IMG/VR virus record: IMGVR_UViG_3300023035_000005 | Coordinates: 92,708 to 156,707 of that record | DNA length: 64,000 nt | Source: a virus | Direction: 5' to 3' (one strand) | Shown: piece after piece, positions 1 to 48,419 of the stretch | Numbering within the stretch: the first letter of the stretch is position 1 | Layout: every line of letters starts with the position of its first letter | Notes under the pieces: model-generated | The model's input: only the letters and a program-made list of their open reading frames with translations | The model's database searches: none | Told to the model about the DNA's origin: nothing | Made by a program: the position numbers and the translations under genes

Positions 1-6
1 CTCTTC

Positions 7-79
7 ACTCAGCTAAAAAAAAGAACACAAAAACAACCGCAGCATGTTCTGTCATAAATCCACTAACTAATTCAGATTC
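7..79 (-). CDS. nad1: nad1 exon 3, followed by another intron from about position 6
   Basis: [24 protein letters not shown]+T. Confidence 0.9.
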
Positions 80-3000
80 CTGTTGTGGTTTAACAGAGGG
101 TGGCTCCTCCGAAGGAAGGAAAGCTCCCTCTGAAGATTATGTGAATTAGGAAAATTCAATTGATATAGAGGTGACGATAATTATTAAAATCTTTTTAATA
201 ATTATGTCGACTAGACATAAGAGAGTGTTGGATTTGATTACGCGTCATAATTTATTTAGTTATAGGTTTAAAATAATAAAGATTTTTGTATATAAGCTCA
301 GAATTTAAATATTTACCTACTGTAACTTTATAAATACTTAAATGTTTAGCTAATTCTACATTGTTTTTAAATTTTAAAATTAAATTACCATTTAAATCAA
401 ATATTCCTACTCCTAAGTTATATTTATTTTTATTTTCACTCATTATAGCCTTGGTATTCTCGGTATGACTTTTACCATACATAGGATTTTTACTACCTGG
501 TTTACTGATTTTTAATTTAGATTCCTCAGTATGTTTATAACCCAAATTATTATGGGCGATAAGACTAAAATTATATAAAGTATTGAAATCAAATTTTGAT
601 ATATAACTAGTTTCTAGTTCAGTTAATGATTTATGACTTATAATTTTACTTTCATATGTAAAATACTCATAAATATATAATTTAAACTTATCTATACCAT
701 ACTTGACAAAGGCTTTTTGCATGGCTACATTTGAATTATTTTTATACTTTAAATGTTCATTAATTCTAATAAAAAAGTCTTTAGCACTACCAATGTATTG
801 CTTATTATTAATAGTGTTTACCAAAGAATAAATACCACCTTTTCCCTTTAATATATCCTTATATGATTTTATACCATCTTTGTCGAGCTTCGCACTAAAT
901 CTAGAATTAAAATCGGCTTAGGCCCAGGATAAGAACCTAAATGTGAAGGAGAATTAGAAGAATAATATTTACGACTATAAATTAAAGAGTTATCTAAAAG
1001 AGTTAAAGGTAAAATACCCCTACGCATATAACTAAATGAATTCTCAAATTTTACTAACCTAGATTTCACACAATTAAAAAAAACAAAAATGGGGGGGATA
1101 TAAAACCCCTATATGCTGGTAGGAAAAGGGACATAAAACTATATTTAATTTTGTATTGGTTTAAACCGATAAATTTTATTATATATCAGACCCGAATTTA
1201 AATACTTACCTACTGTAACCTTAGAAATACCTAAATGTTTAGCTAACTCTACATTATTATTAAACTTCAAAATTAAGTTATCATCTAAATCATAAATTCC
1301 TACACCTAAAGGATATTTATTCTTCTTTTCACTCATAATCGCTTTAGTAGCTTCACGATGTTTTATACCAAACATCGGATTTAACTCACCAGGTTTACTA
1401 ATTAAAGCTAAGGCTTCTTCAGTATGAGTTTTACCAAACATAGGATGATTATTTTTATCCTTATAATAACGAAAATAAGATAAACAATAAGAAGATTAAA
1501 CTTTAGAACACCTAGCCACCGAACATGGTCAAACCTCACTCGCACTCACTCTTTCATTTACAAAAATATTCAAAATAACTTACCGTAGGGGTCTCCGAGA
1601 TAACTTAAACTCAACTTTATTTGAGTCAAACACGGTTACTCCTTTGTTCAACTTAGCATTTATAGTTTGCGGTGCAATTTTAAAGTAATCAGCGCAGGAT
1701 TGGGAATCCTTAAATATTCTAAATTTTTCTGATACCTGAGAGGATAAGCAAGCTCGCGAAGCAGGAACAACCTCTTCAGCTAAAATATAGAAAAGCTGTC
1801 GTTTAACTAGCGAACCGCCTGTTAAAGAATTTATTCGTAAGCCATCTTGATTTATTACATATATATCCTTCATATTTATTACTTCATTCACCAGGTTCGA
1901 AGATATTCCCCTAATCTCCTCCCCTCCGGGAGATACGAAAGTATCGCTGCTTTCTATATGTTTAAATGAAGATAAACGGTAGTTATTCATTCTTCTACTC
2001 ACCTTAATTATTAACTCTTTACCTAATTTTGTTAGATGTTTTCCTTTATAAATTAAAGAAGCAATAAACACTCAATCTAAGAAATCTTTATATTTTTTTG
2101 AAGCAAAACTAAGGTCAGATAGAAAGGGTATAAGTGTATCCACTATATAACTTAAGTGGTTAATATGGAATTGAACCACGAGTTTACCTTTAGTTGTGCA
2201 TTTACCCTTATCATAAATAGAAGTTCTTTGACTAATTATTTCTAGATATTGAGAAGATGCTTTTAATTTTACATCCTCTATCCCATAAGAATCTAAAAAT
2301 TCTTTAATCGCATGAACTAAAGGGGCTTGAACAAAAGTAAGCCCAAGGCTGAAGGAAATACTTATATCTTTTGTATCGACAAGTGAGAAACAACCCTCTC
2401 CCTCCAGAAATCCTAAGAATCAGTAAGGAGTTATTCTTATTGTATGAGTAGAAGGCATTACAAAATCCACTCTTTTACTATTCATCTGACCTTTTAAGTC
2501 AGTTATTAACTTTAATTTTTCAGACATAGATAAAGATTTGTTAAATTTTATAGCAACTGCTTCTTTAAATCCCAAGTACTCTAAGTACTTTGTACCATTT
2601 AAAGGGAATTTATCAAACATAGGTATTAAAATATTTTTGATATCGTTAATCCTCTTCACATTCAGATGAACAACCTTTTTAGATATATAAATACTACCAC
2701 AATTCAATCTATTTTTTATAAACTCTAAAACACCAGTGTCATCAATATGAACCCCAATAGTTAATATAAAACTAATAGTATTTCCTTTAGAAATATCTAT
2801 CAAAAAACATCCCTCACCATCTACAAAACCTACAAATCATTCTAAAAATTCAGATTCCGTCATATCTCTAAATCTAACTTTAATATTGCTTAAATTTGAT
2901 GTATTTTTTAAAATAAGTTCATCTTGGTCACTACGAGACAGCGCAGAACTACCTTTTGTACTAAATATAAATCCTTTATTTTCCATTTTTTGTATAAATT

Positions 3001-6000
3001 TTTAATTACCTCCGTAGAGGATAGGGTTTTGTAAAAATCCATTCCATTTTACAAAACCTAACTCAGGTTAGGTTTTGTAAAAATCCATTTTACAAAACCT
3101 AACTCAGGTTCGCACTGAGTATTCGGAGGTTGAAGCTCCATGTTTTACCTGTAAACTATACTCTTAAAAAAGCATAAGATGTACTCAATTCATCGCAACA
3201 GCTGTGTGTTTCTATAAAAAAAAGTACATCACTATAAACTTTTGGTGACAAACACCAAGGAGTAGAATGGCACGGATAAGTATTAAGGTGTATAATTGAA
3301 AGAGGAGGGAAGAGAGTGGGCGAATTCAACCATCTTTAATTTGGCTTCTTCTGTATGTTTATAACCTAAAGAGCTTGTAGCTGTAGCTTTAAAATTCTAA
3401 AGATTATCAAAATTAAATCTCTTAATATAACTAGTCTCTAGATCAGTTAAAGCTTGATGACTTATAATTTTACTTTCATATGTGAAATATTCAAATATAC
3501 AAAATTTCAATTTATCTAAGCCATACTTAGCAAATGCTTTTTGCAAAGCCAGATTAGACTTCTTATTTTCCAAATGTTCATTAAGTCTTAAATAAAAATC
3601 TTTGGCGCTTCCTATATATTGATTGCCGTTTACTGTATTTATAAAAGAATAAATACCTCCTTTGTCTTTTAAGAATATTCTATAAGATTTAATACTATCT
3701 TTATCATTTAGATTATTAATAGTTAAAACTGGAAGAGGTAAATCAGATGATTGTAAATCAGAATTTGAAGTAGAATAATATCTATCACTAGCTTTCGTAC
3801 CAACTTTTCATCTAGATATTGTATAAAGATAACCACAGTTTGTAAGAACTAAAGGGTTCGCACCAATGGTAGAAACGCTACTATAGTTCAGCATATATGA
3901 TCCCATTTTTTATTAGTTGGCATTTACAAGCCAATTTGGACTATACCTTATCTAATATAAATACTTATATTAAATGATCACGTCTAGTCTCTGAAGGGTT
4001 TAACATTATATGTTAACTTCCCTGCTGATTGTCCTATTCTCTAATTAGGGTTTTCCAGCAATTTGTGATCTTTAATGAGACCAAATCTTATTAGTAGCCT
4101 CTGCTAAATCAATATCTATACTATCTAAGCATTCACCTTAGGTTTTCCAACTTGTCTTAACTAAAATATAGCTAAGGTTGTTCAAGGGATAGCAAGGTTG
4201 TAAATAATAGAGTATGAACATTCAATAGTTACATACTACAAACATATTTAGCTGTACTACCTTGCTTTCCCTCTTTTCTGCGAAGTAAACCACACAGAAA
4301 ATTTTATTTGGTGTATTTATTCATAATACTTTGAATATTTTTAAGATTATTAAATTGTTCTTCAGTCCATTTCCTCCGAAGGCGAAGATTTGCTTTTAAT
4401 TATATCAGCTGCTTTAACAAAAGATACGAAATCGGATTGTTTAGCGCTTTGAAGAGGATATTTTAGGAAAAAAGGTATAATTATATTATTCAAGATCTCG
4501 AAATTATTTAACTTCAAATCGACAGCATCGTTGTTTCTTTTTTTAACACTACCGCAACCTAAATAAGTTACTATTCTTTCCATTAGCAAAGTATCTCGGG
4601 AATGCTGAGTTATTTGAAAATGTAATCAAACCTTATAACTACTAGATAACTCAGGAGCCAGAGTGGACCTTTTCTCTACAGTAATAATATTAAAGCTACC
4701 TTCCCCATCTACGAATCCTACTACCCATTCAGGATGTATTTCTCTTTCCGGTACTTCTGGTCTCGGTTCGGGAACAAGATTTGGATATAATTCCTTCAAT
4801 TCTTCAGATATCCCTTTATTCAAATAATATCTAAGATTAAGAATCTTCATGAACCCTTGTTCACTTAAAGAGGGTTCCTCTTTAATAATTAATATAATTT
4901 GTCTAAATAATTCGAAGTCAGCATATTTTTTAGTTAATAAAGGATATGCAAGGAAATGAGGTATAACTTTCTCAAGTATATCACTTAGTTTACTAATAAT
5001 TAGCTTAGCGAAATTTTTATCGAAACTTATTACCCCTACGCCTCCAAAATACTCCTTAATACGATATAAAATATCTAAATCACGGGAATTCAATTTAATT
5101 TGAAAAACAGGTTGTAATTTTCAACCTAACCTGTATGCTTTGACTTTCGAAATTTTTATCACGAAGGATCCCTCACCATCAGTGAAACCTGTAATTCACT
5201 CAGGGTGAAGTAAAACCTTATTATGGGAATTTGTGGAACTATAGTGTCTTCTGGCTGCTGGTAATTTTCCCGCCCGTTCATTAAGTACGGGTTGCAATCC
5301 GTAAAAGAAACAAATTAAATCTCTAATAATATTCAAAATATAATTACAAATGTATATTAACATAAACATTGTAATTTTAATAACTTTAGCTGTAATATAG
5401 TTGCTAGCGAGGGCTGTGGATTTGTGACGATTAGCCTCTGCAAGATCGAAGGGCGGCCGATTAGTTTCTGCAATAGAACCTATAAAAAATATTATAAATA
5501 TAGGTAATAAAGGTAATATAAATCAAACAGCTCTTTGTGATTCTACATTTACAGTTAGATTTAAACTACCTGTTAACATAATTACTAATAATAAAGCTGA
5601 ACTTAATATTAGTTCATAACTAATTAACTGAGCAGTACTTCTAAGTGAACCTAAAAAAGCATATTTACTATTAGCACTTCCAGATTTGTTATTTTAATAC
5701 ATTTAATATTAATCCCGCACCTCGCGGTGCGGCTCAGACTAGGTTATGATCTATCTAATTTTTGTAGAATAGACCCCGAATACTCGTGGCAGCAAATTTA
5801 TATCTGCTAGTCGTTGAACGTTCCTCGCTGAGCGTGGTTTCGCTTCAAGTTGACTTAATATAATAAGTTATTCTTGAAATTCAATCGGTTTATTCTTAAT
5901 TACTCTCGCAATTAAGGGGCTTATCTTTTTATTTATTTAATGTGTACGCAACATGTATACGAAGAAGTGGCCACCTACAAGAAAAAAAAATACATTTTTT

Positions 6001-8337
6001 TTTCTTTTACTAGGTTATGCATCCGTAAAGGTGCGTAACTAAAATACTGAATTAGTATAATCACATTAAACCCCAATATTACATACTAAACTCTTTATAT
6101 GGATTAAGTACTCTGTTCCTTGTTTTTTTTTGTTAATAAAAAAAAACAAAAATGAAAAACCAGAATATTAATCTATATATCTATCTCTCAATATATCTAT
6201 TTTATCTATCTATTAAAACACCTCTCTGAAAAATTGCGTAGCTTGCAACTTCAAGAAAATATATCTATGTATGTACCGAAGTATAGGAGATCACCATAAT
6301 TAGTAAATCCATCAATACTTAGTTACAGATTTACCCTTTCTTAATTTTATCTTTGAACTCAGAGCTCATTTCTTTAGTTAGAAAGTAGACAGTAAGCTTA
6401 ACTTTTCTTAAGGCTACAGGTTTACTACTGTCTAAATTTCGATAGATAGTTGATTTATCTATACCTATATAGCTAACAGTAGATAAAATGGAGTCAAAAG
6501 GGCAATTGTTTATTAATTCTAGAGTATTAGCATCATAAACGTAAACTTTCGTGTTATAATTACGACTATTCGCTATTATCGGTCTTGCAGCAAGTAATTC
6601 TTTGCTTAATGACGCATCCAACTTTTTCTTGAAGAAATAAACTAACATATCACCTCGTTTAGTAGCTTTATTACTATTTAAATTACGAACAATTGTTCGA
6701 GAATCGACGCCAAAATAATTTGCAGTATCTAAAAGTGAATCGAAAGGCGCATTATTTATTAATTCTAGAGTATTAGCATCATAAGCGTAAACTGGTATTT
6801 TTAGACCTAGTTGCAAATCTCCAACCTTAGCTTTAAGAGTTTGAATTTCTTTGACACTTAGAGGTACTGAATATACATAAATAGCCTTCGATCCTGCAGT
6901 TCTTCCTTTGTCTAGAACTAAATCTAGAGTTGCTCTAGGTATTCCTAAAGCTTTAGCTGCTTGAGCTTTTGAAGCGAAAGGACTACCTATTAATAATTCT
7001 AAAGTAATAGCATCATACGCTCAAACTGGAGTCCTAACAACTCGATTCAATAGACCCTTAGGTGTGAGTTTTTTTGATTCTTCGTACATTAAGTTAAAAT
7101 CAGTAATAGGGTAATTAAAGAACAATTTACCTCTGTAAGGTATAGATGTGTTTTTATATCTACCTATCCCGGAAATAGGGTAAGATAAAGATCGGCTTGC
7201 CTCATTACTGCTCTTATATATAGTTGCTTGAGGATTTATACCTTTTTCTGTACATTCGTAAACATAAACGAGAGTATCTCTAGAGTCTAATACCTTATTA
7301 GTTTCTCTAAGATCCTTAAGTTTTAATAATAAGGTTTGTTTAATTACGCCTTCAGTTATTGATGAAGAGAAAACAGAATTAAGTATAGGTATATACTTTT
7401 GTAAGTAATAAGTTTCCCTTTCACCTAATTTAGCTAAAGGGCAGACCTCTAGGATGTGAATACTAAAATGCTCTATCCCTATTAGCCGTACGAAAAGATG
7501 GAATTTACTGGGGGATTCTGCTTTTGAGTGTTCAAATAATCTTTTTTTAAATAGATTTGTTCTCCCTATGTAATAAATATCAGGGTAATATTTGTACTCT
7601 ATAAGGTAAATTCCAAATTTGGAACCTCATTCTTTAAGGAATTTTGCTTTCAGTACCTTATCTGTATAGTTTAAACAAGAGCCCTTTATTAAGTCCCGAT
7701 CGAAAGGTATAACTGGAGCAATTCTATCTTTTAAAAGATCTTTGATATACTCGATATTCTTATTACTCTTATCCATATTACTATTATTTTGATAAGTGTG
7801 AAGAAAACATCTAGATATATTAAGATATTCTGAAGAATATTTGTTGTATCCTACTGATCTTTTGGTTAAGATAGATATAGGCTTAGATATACTAGAGAAA
7901 AAGTATTGAGTATTTTTAGTTTGTAAAATATTGGCTGGAAATAAAAACCCAGCTAATAGAATTCCGTAAGTGGCTAAAGATGATACGGCCAACATATATA
8001 ATATACCTAAATTAAAATCATTAATAGCTAAACCTGGTCCATAAGGAATAACACCATACCCTAATAAAGCAAAAATTAATGTTATAACAGGCCCTAAGAA
8101 AAACAGTACTATGTTAGCTTGTGTTGGGGCTACATATTCTTTTAATAGAAGTTTTAGAGCATCTGCAAATGCTTGAAGAAGTCCAAAATAACCTATATGA
8201 TTGGGACCTAATCTTCTTTGCATACTAGCCATCGTTTTTCTTTCTGCTACAGTCACATAGGCTACACTCAGTAGGGCAGGAACAATAACCAACAACACTT
8301 CAAGAATAGATATTAAAGTTGGAGGTAGATAATACAT
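7..8337 (-). CDS. nad1: NADH dehydrogenase subunit 1, spliced, continues beyond window start; exons 8337-7947, 5680-5433, 79-7
   Basis: Joined exons read MYYLPPTL...[16 protein letters not shown]...GILLAG|[23 protein letters not shown]...[12 protein letters not shown]|[24 protein letters not shown]; exons end in T and introns end in G. Confidence 0.95.
252..1069 (-). pseudogene. GIY-YIG homing endonuclease, frameshifted near 870
   Basis: [27 protein letters not shown], then NUMOD-like C-terminus. Confidence 0.8.
1145..1475 (-). pseudogene. displaced C-terminal half of the GIY-YIG ORF that begins near 3860
   Basis: ..[27 protein letters not shown] continues the [12 protein letters not shown] end of the 3325-3860 fragment. 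Confidence 0.75.
1580..2986 (-). CDS. LAGLIDADG homing endonuclease with own ATG, inserted in a GIY-YIG ORF
   Basis: Code-4 ORF with [10 protein letters not shown] and [10 protein letters not shown] motifs. Confidence 0.85.
3101..3165 (-). pseudogene. trnW: tRNA-Trp(UCA)-like element lacking the 3' acceptor strand
   Basis: AAGAGTATAGTTTACAGGTAAAAC A TGGAG CTTCAAC CTCCG AATA CTCAG TGCGAAC CTGAG. Confidence 0.7.
3325..3860 (-). pseudogene. GIY-YIG endonuclease N-terminal half with internal TAG
   Basis: [29 protein letters not shown]; TAG near 3397; start approximate. Confidence 0.78.
4350..5432 (-). CDS. LAGLIDADG endonuclease in frame with nad1 exon 2; extreme C-terminus frameshifted
   Basis: [10 protein letters not shown] and [10 protein letters not shown] motifs. 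Confidence 0.85.
5433..5680 (-). CDS. nad1: nad1 exon 2
   Basis: (W)[17 protein letters not shown]...PFDLAEA. Confidence 0.93.
5681..7946 (-). mobile_element. group I intron, nad1 intron 1
   Basis: Core at about 5700-5900 (TTCAACGACTAG..TAGTCT, P9 CCGCACCGCGAGGTGCGG); terminal G at 5681. Confidence 0.85.
6331..7946 (-). CDS. GIY-YIG endonuclease in frame with nad1 exon 1, with repeated C-terminal modules
   Basis: [14 protein letters not shown]; three VxAYDAxTLELIxxxPFxS-like repeats. Confidence 0.8.
7947..8337 (-). CDS. nad1: nad1 exon 1
   Basis: ATG to ...LLAG + T; conserved ND1 N-terminus. Confidence 0.95.
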
Positions 8338-8499
8338 TTTTTCAGTTTATATTTGAATTAATCCTTTCTACATAAAAAATATAAAAATTAAATTAAAAAT
8401 TAAGAGTAACAATAATTTGAGTTAATTACTTATTAGGTATATCTTACTCTACTTTTAAATTAATAAAAAATAGTGTTACTAATAAAACAAGAGCTTGCT

Positions 8500-8860
8500 A
8501 ATCCTGGCTTACTGCCTTATCCTCCACCTGGCAGGCTTCGCTGCAGAAGTCTGGGAGGCAGGAAGCCAGAAAAAGTAAACATACAAAACATCAGAGGGTC
8601 ACTAATTATTTTTTAGCCCTAGGCCTCTGGTGTAAAGCGTCAGCGCCACCAAGTTTCAGTCGTCGAAGACGACGCCCTCCTACGTAGTCAGGCAACTAAT
8701 AAAAAAAATACGTTTTTTTATAAGGCCCAGGACTCCCTCCTGCCTGCCTCCTACGAAGGAAGGCAGGAGTCCTGACTACGTAGGCAGCAGGATGGACTTC
8801 CTCCTGCCTGCCGTAGGAGGAAGGAGGAAGGAGCCAGCTTCGCCAGCTTCGCCAGCGTAG
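8500..8860. repeat. cluster of GC-rich dispersed palindromic elements
   Basis: Units such as CCTACGTAGTCAGG, CCTCCTGCCTGCC and GGAGGAAGG recur genome-wide. Confidence 0.8.
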
Positions 8861-8961
8861 GTTAAAATTAATTAAAATTAATTAAATTAATTTTTTCAAT
8901 TTATATTTGAATTAACCCTTTCTACATAAAAAATAAAATGACTAGTCAGTCCTTCGGAGGC

Positions 8962-9032
8962 ATTCCCATTTTAGAGTCGAACTAAAATCATAATATTTTA
9001 AATATTCTACTCTACCGTTGAGCTAATGAGAA
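8962..9032 (-). tRNA. tRNA with trnR(UCU)-type body but UAA anticodon; possibly a pseudogene
   Basis: TTCTCAT TA GCTC AACGGTA GAGT A GAATA TTTAAAA TATTA TGAT TTTAG TTCGACT CTAAA ATGGGAA T. Confidence 0.7.
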
Positions 9033-9175
9033 TTTGTGTTAATAACACAAAAGGAATACCTGAGTAATGAGAGTACATAAGCAAATAATATTTTTTGGCT
9101 GCTCCTCCTTCGTAGGAGGAAGGAGGAGAAGTCAGGGGGGAAGCAAGCTCCTAAATTAGACTATAATTTAACTAA

Positions 9176-10800
<1,625 letters not shown>

Positions 10801-10989
10801 AATCTTCTTCTATAAGAGCTACTCTTTCATCGTTTGCTCCTACGAAGTCAGGCATAAAAAAAAGCTACTTTTTTTATGCTGCCTTTAAAGAATTTGTTTG
10901 TTTTTTTTTGTTTTTTTTATTAATAGTAGAAAAATTTAACTGTTTACTTGTTGTTTTACAAAACAATAATTAAAAGAGTCGGGTAGTGC

Positions 10990-11300
10990 TGGCTGACTTC
11001 GTAGCACTGACTAAGTATGGACTGACTTCGTAGGAGCCGAAAATAAATATATTTTCTTCCGAAGGACTACGTAGTCAGGACTCCTCCTTGGCCTGCCACT
11101 GCCTCCTACGAAGTCAGTCCTTCCGTAGGAGGAAGGAGGAGGCAGTCCTTCCGTAGGAGGAAGGACTGCCATACTTCGTTAGGAGAAGTGGGCAAGCGCA
11201 GCAGGCTCCAGCCTCCTACGAAGTCAGGACTGGCTAATAAAAAATATATTTTTTTATAAGCCCTTCGTAGGAGGAGTAGTCAGGCAGCTACTTTTTTTTA
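10990..11300. repeat. GC-rich element cluster
   Basis: CCTACGAAGTCAG, CCATACTTCGTTAGG and GTCCTTCCGTAGGAGG units. Confidence 0.8.
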
Positions 11301-11335
11301 TTTTATTTCATGAGCCCGCCTTCGGACGGCGCGCC

Positions 11336-47195
<35,860 letters not shown>

Positions 47196-47294
47196 AAATA
47201 TTCTTCATTTATAATAAGTACGAGTTTATTATAATTTCATAAATTTTAATTTATGGTTATAAAAAGAAACTAGATAATTATACGAATATTTTAT

Positions 47295-47365
47295 AGAATT
47301 ATGGAGGAATTGAACCTCAAACTTAAGATCTGCAATCAAAGTGTAGACCAACTACATCATAATTC
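47295..47365 (-). tRNA. trnC: tRNA-Cys(GCA)
   Basis: GAATTAT acceptor pairs with ATAATTC; TTGCAGA loop; GGTTCAATTCC T-arm. Confidence 0.85.
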
Positions 47366-48419
47366 TTATATCTTTTTACATTGTCACTAATAATTTTTAA
47401 TAATAAAATTACTGCTGCTGACTTCTCCTCCTTCCTGCCTCCTACGGCAGGAGGACTGCCTCCTGCCGTAGGAGGCAGGAGTAGGCAGGATGGCAGGGCA
47501 GGAGGAGGAATTTAATCCTATACTTCCAGCGCTGTTTTAAGTCGCAGATTTCAATTAAAGTATAGCTTTTAACAGGGTCTGAACCCATGTACCTTCAACT
47601 GTCTCGTTTTTCCCTACACTCTATTAAAGGAACTTATAAACCTTTTAATAGAGGAGATGCAGCAATTAAATAGTTAATGATTAATTAAATATAATAATCA
47701 ATCATAATGCTTAATCGGCTCCTCTTATAACTTTAAATACTAACTCATCAATTCATTACATTGATGATCGGTTTAACTACGCATAAATTGCTTGCATCTA
47801 AAGTTGTTCTCAGATTCTACACCTTACCATAAGACCTACTCGGGGGTGGGTGAGCTTTTACCTCAGTTCTCGCCTGCCATACTTCGTCAGGAGGAGTCCT
47901 TTTAGCTAAACAAATGGCTATCTTGGGCATAAGTATCATATTAATTTTATTAGATTAACTAAATAACTCTACATCAACAATAAAATTTATAAATAAATAG
48001 ATAGTTATAATTATCTATTTCTACCTATCATAAATAGATAAATATAATTCCCTGCGAAGCACCCCCCCCCCCCCCCTCCCCCTAACGAAACAAGAAAGCC
48101 CAGCTCGCTCTAGCGAGCGGAGGGCTTTTTTGTTTTTAATCACTAATAGGTTTATAAAATTATACCTAGAATTCCTCTCATTTCATCTTACAACGGTTAG
48201 CATATTCTTTATAGGTTAACCTAATCCACCGCCTGCTCGTCACAGACTGCGTCCATGATTGTGCGTGTTTACTCCTATTTTTATAGAGTACCACTTATCC
48301 TTTATAGGTCTATTATTCTCACCAGGTGGATAGGACTTATCCTATATAGGTCAACTTAACCCACCGCTTGGTTGGGGCTTCGCACACACGCTGCTTGGTT
48401 GGGGCTTCGCACACACGCT

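Larger units (their letters stand above)
80..5432 (-). mobile_element. complex group I intron (nad1 site about 636) with several HEGs
   Basis: IB-like core at about 3935-4060 (AATTGCTGG..AATCAGCAGG..TCAGAGACTA..AAGGTATAGTCC); guide sequence at 4077-4088. Confidence 0.85.

Noticed and set aside
47520-48400. rnpB or a group II intron remnant
   Set aside because: I could not find the RNase P P4 motifs or a domain V hairpin
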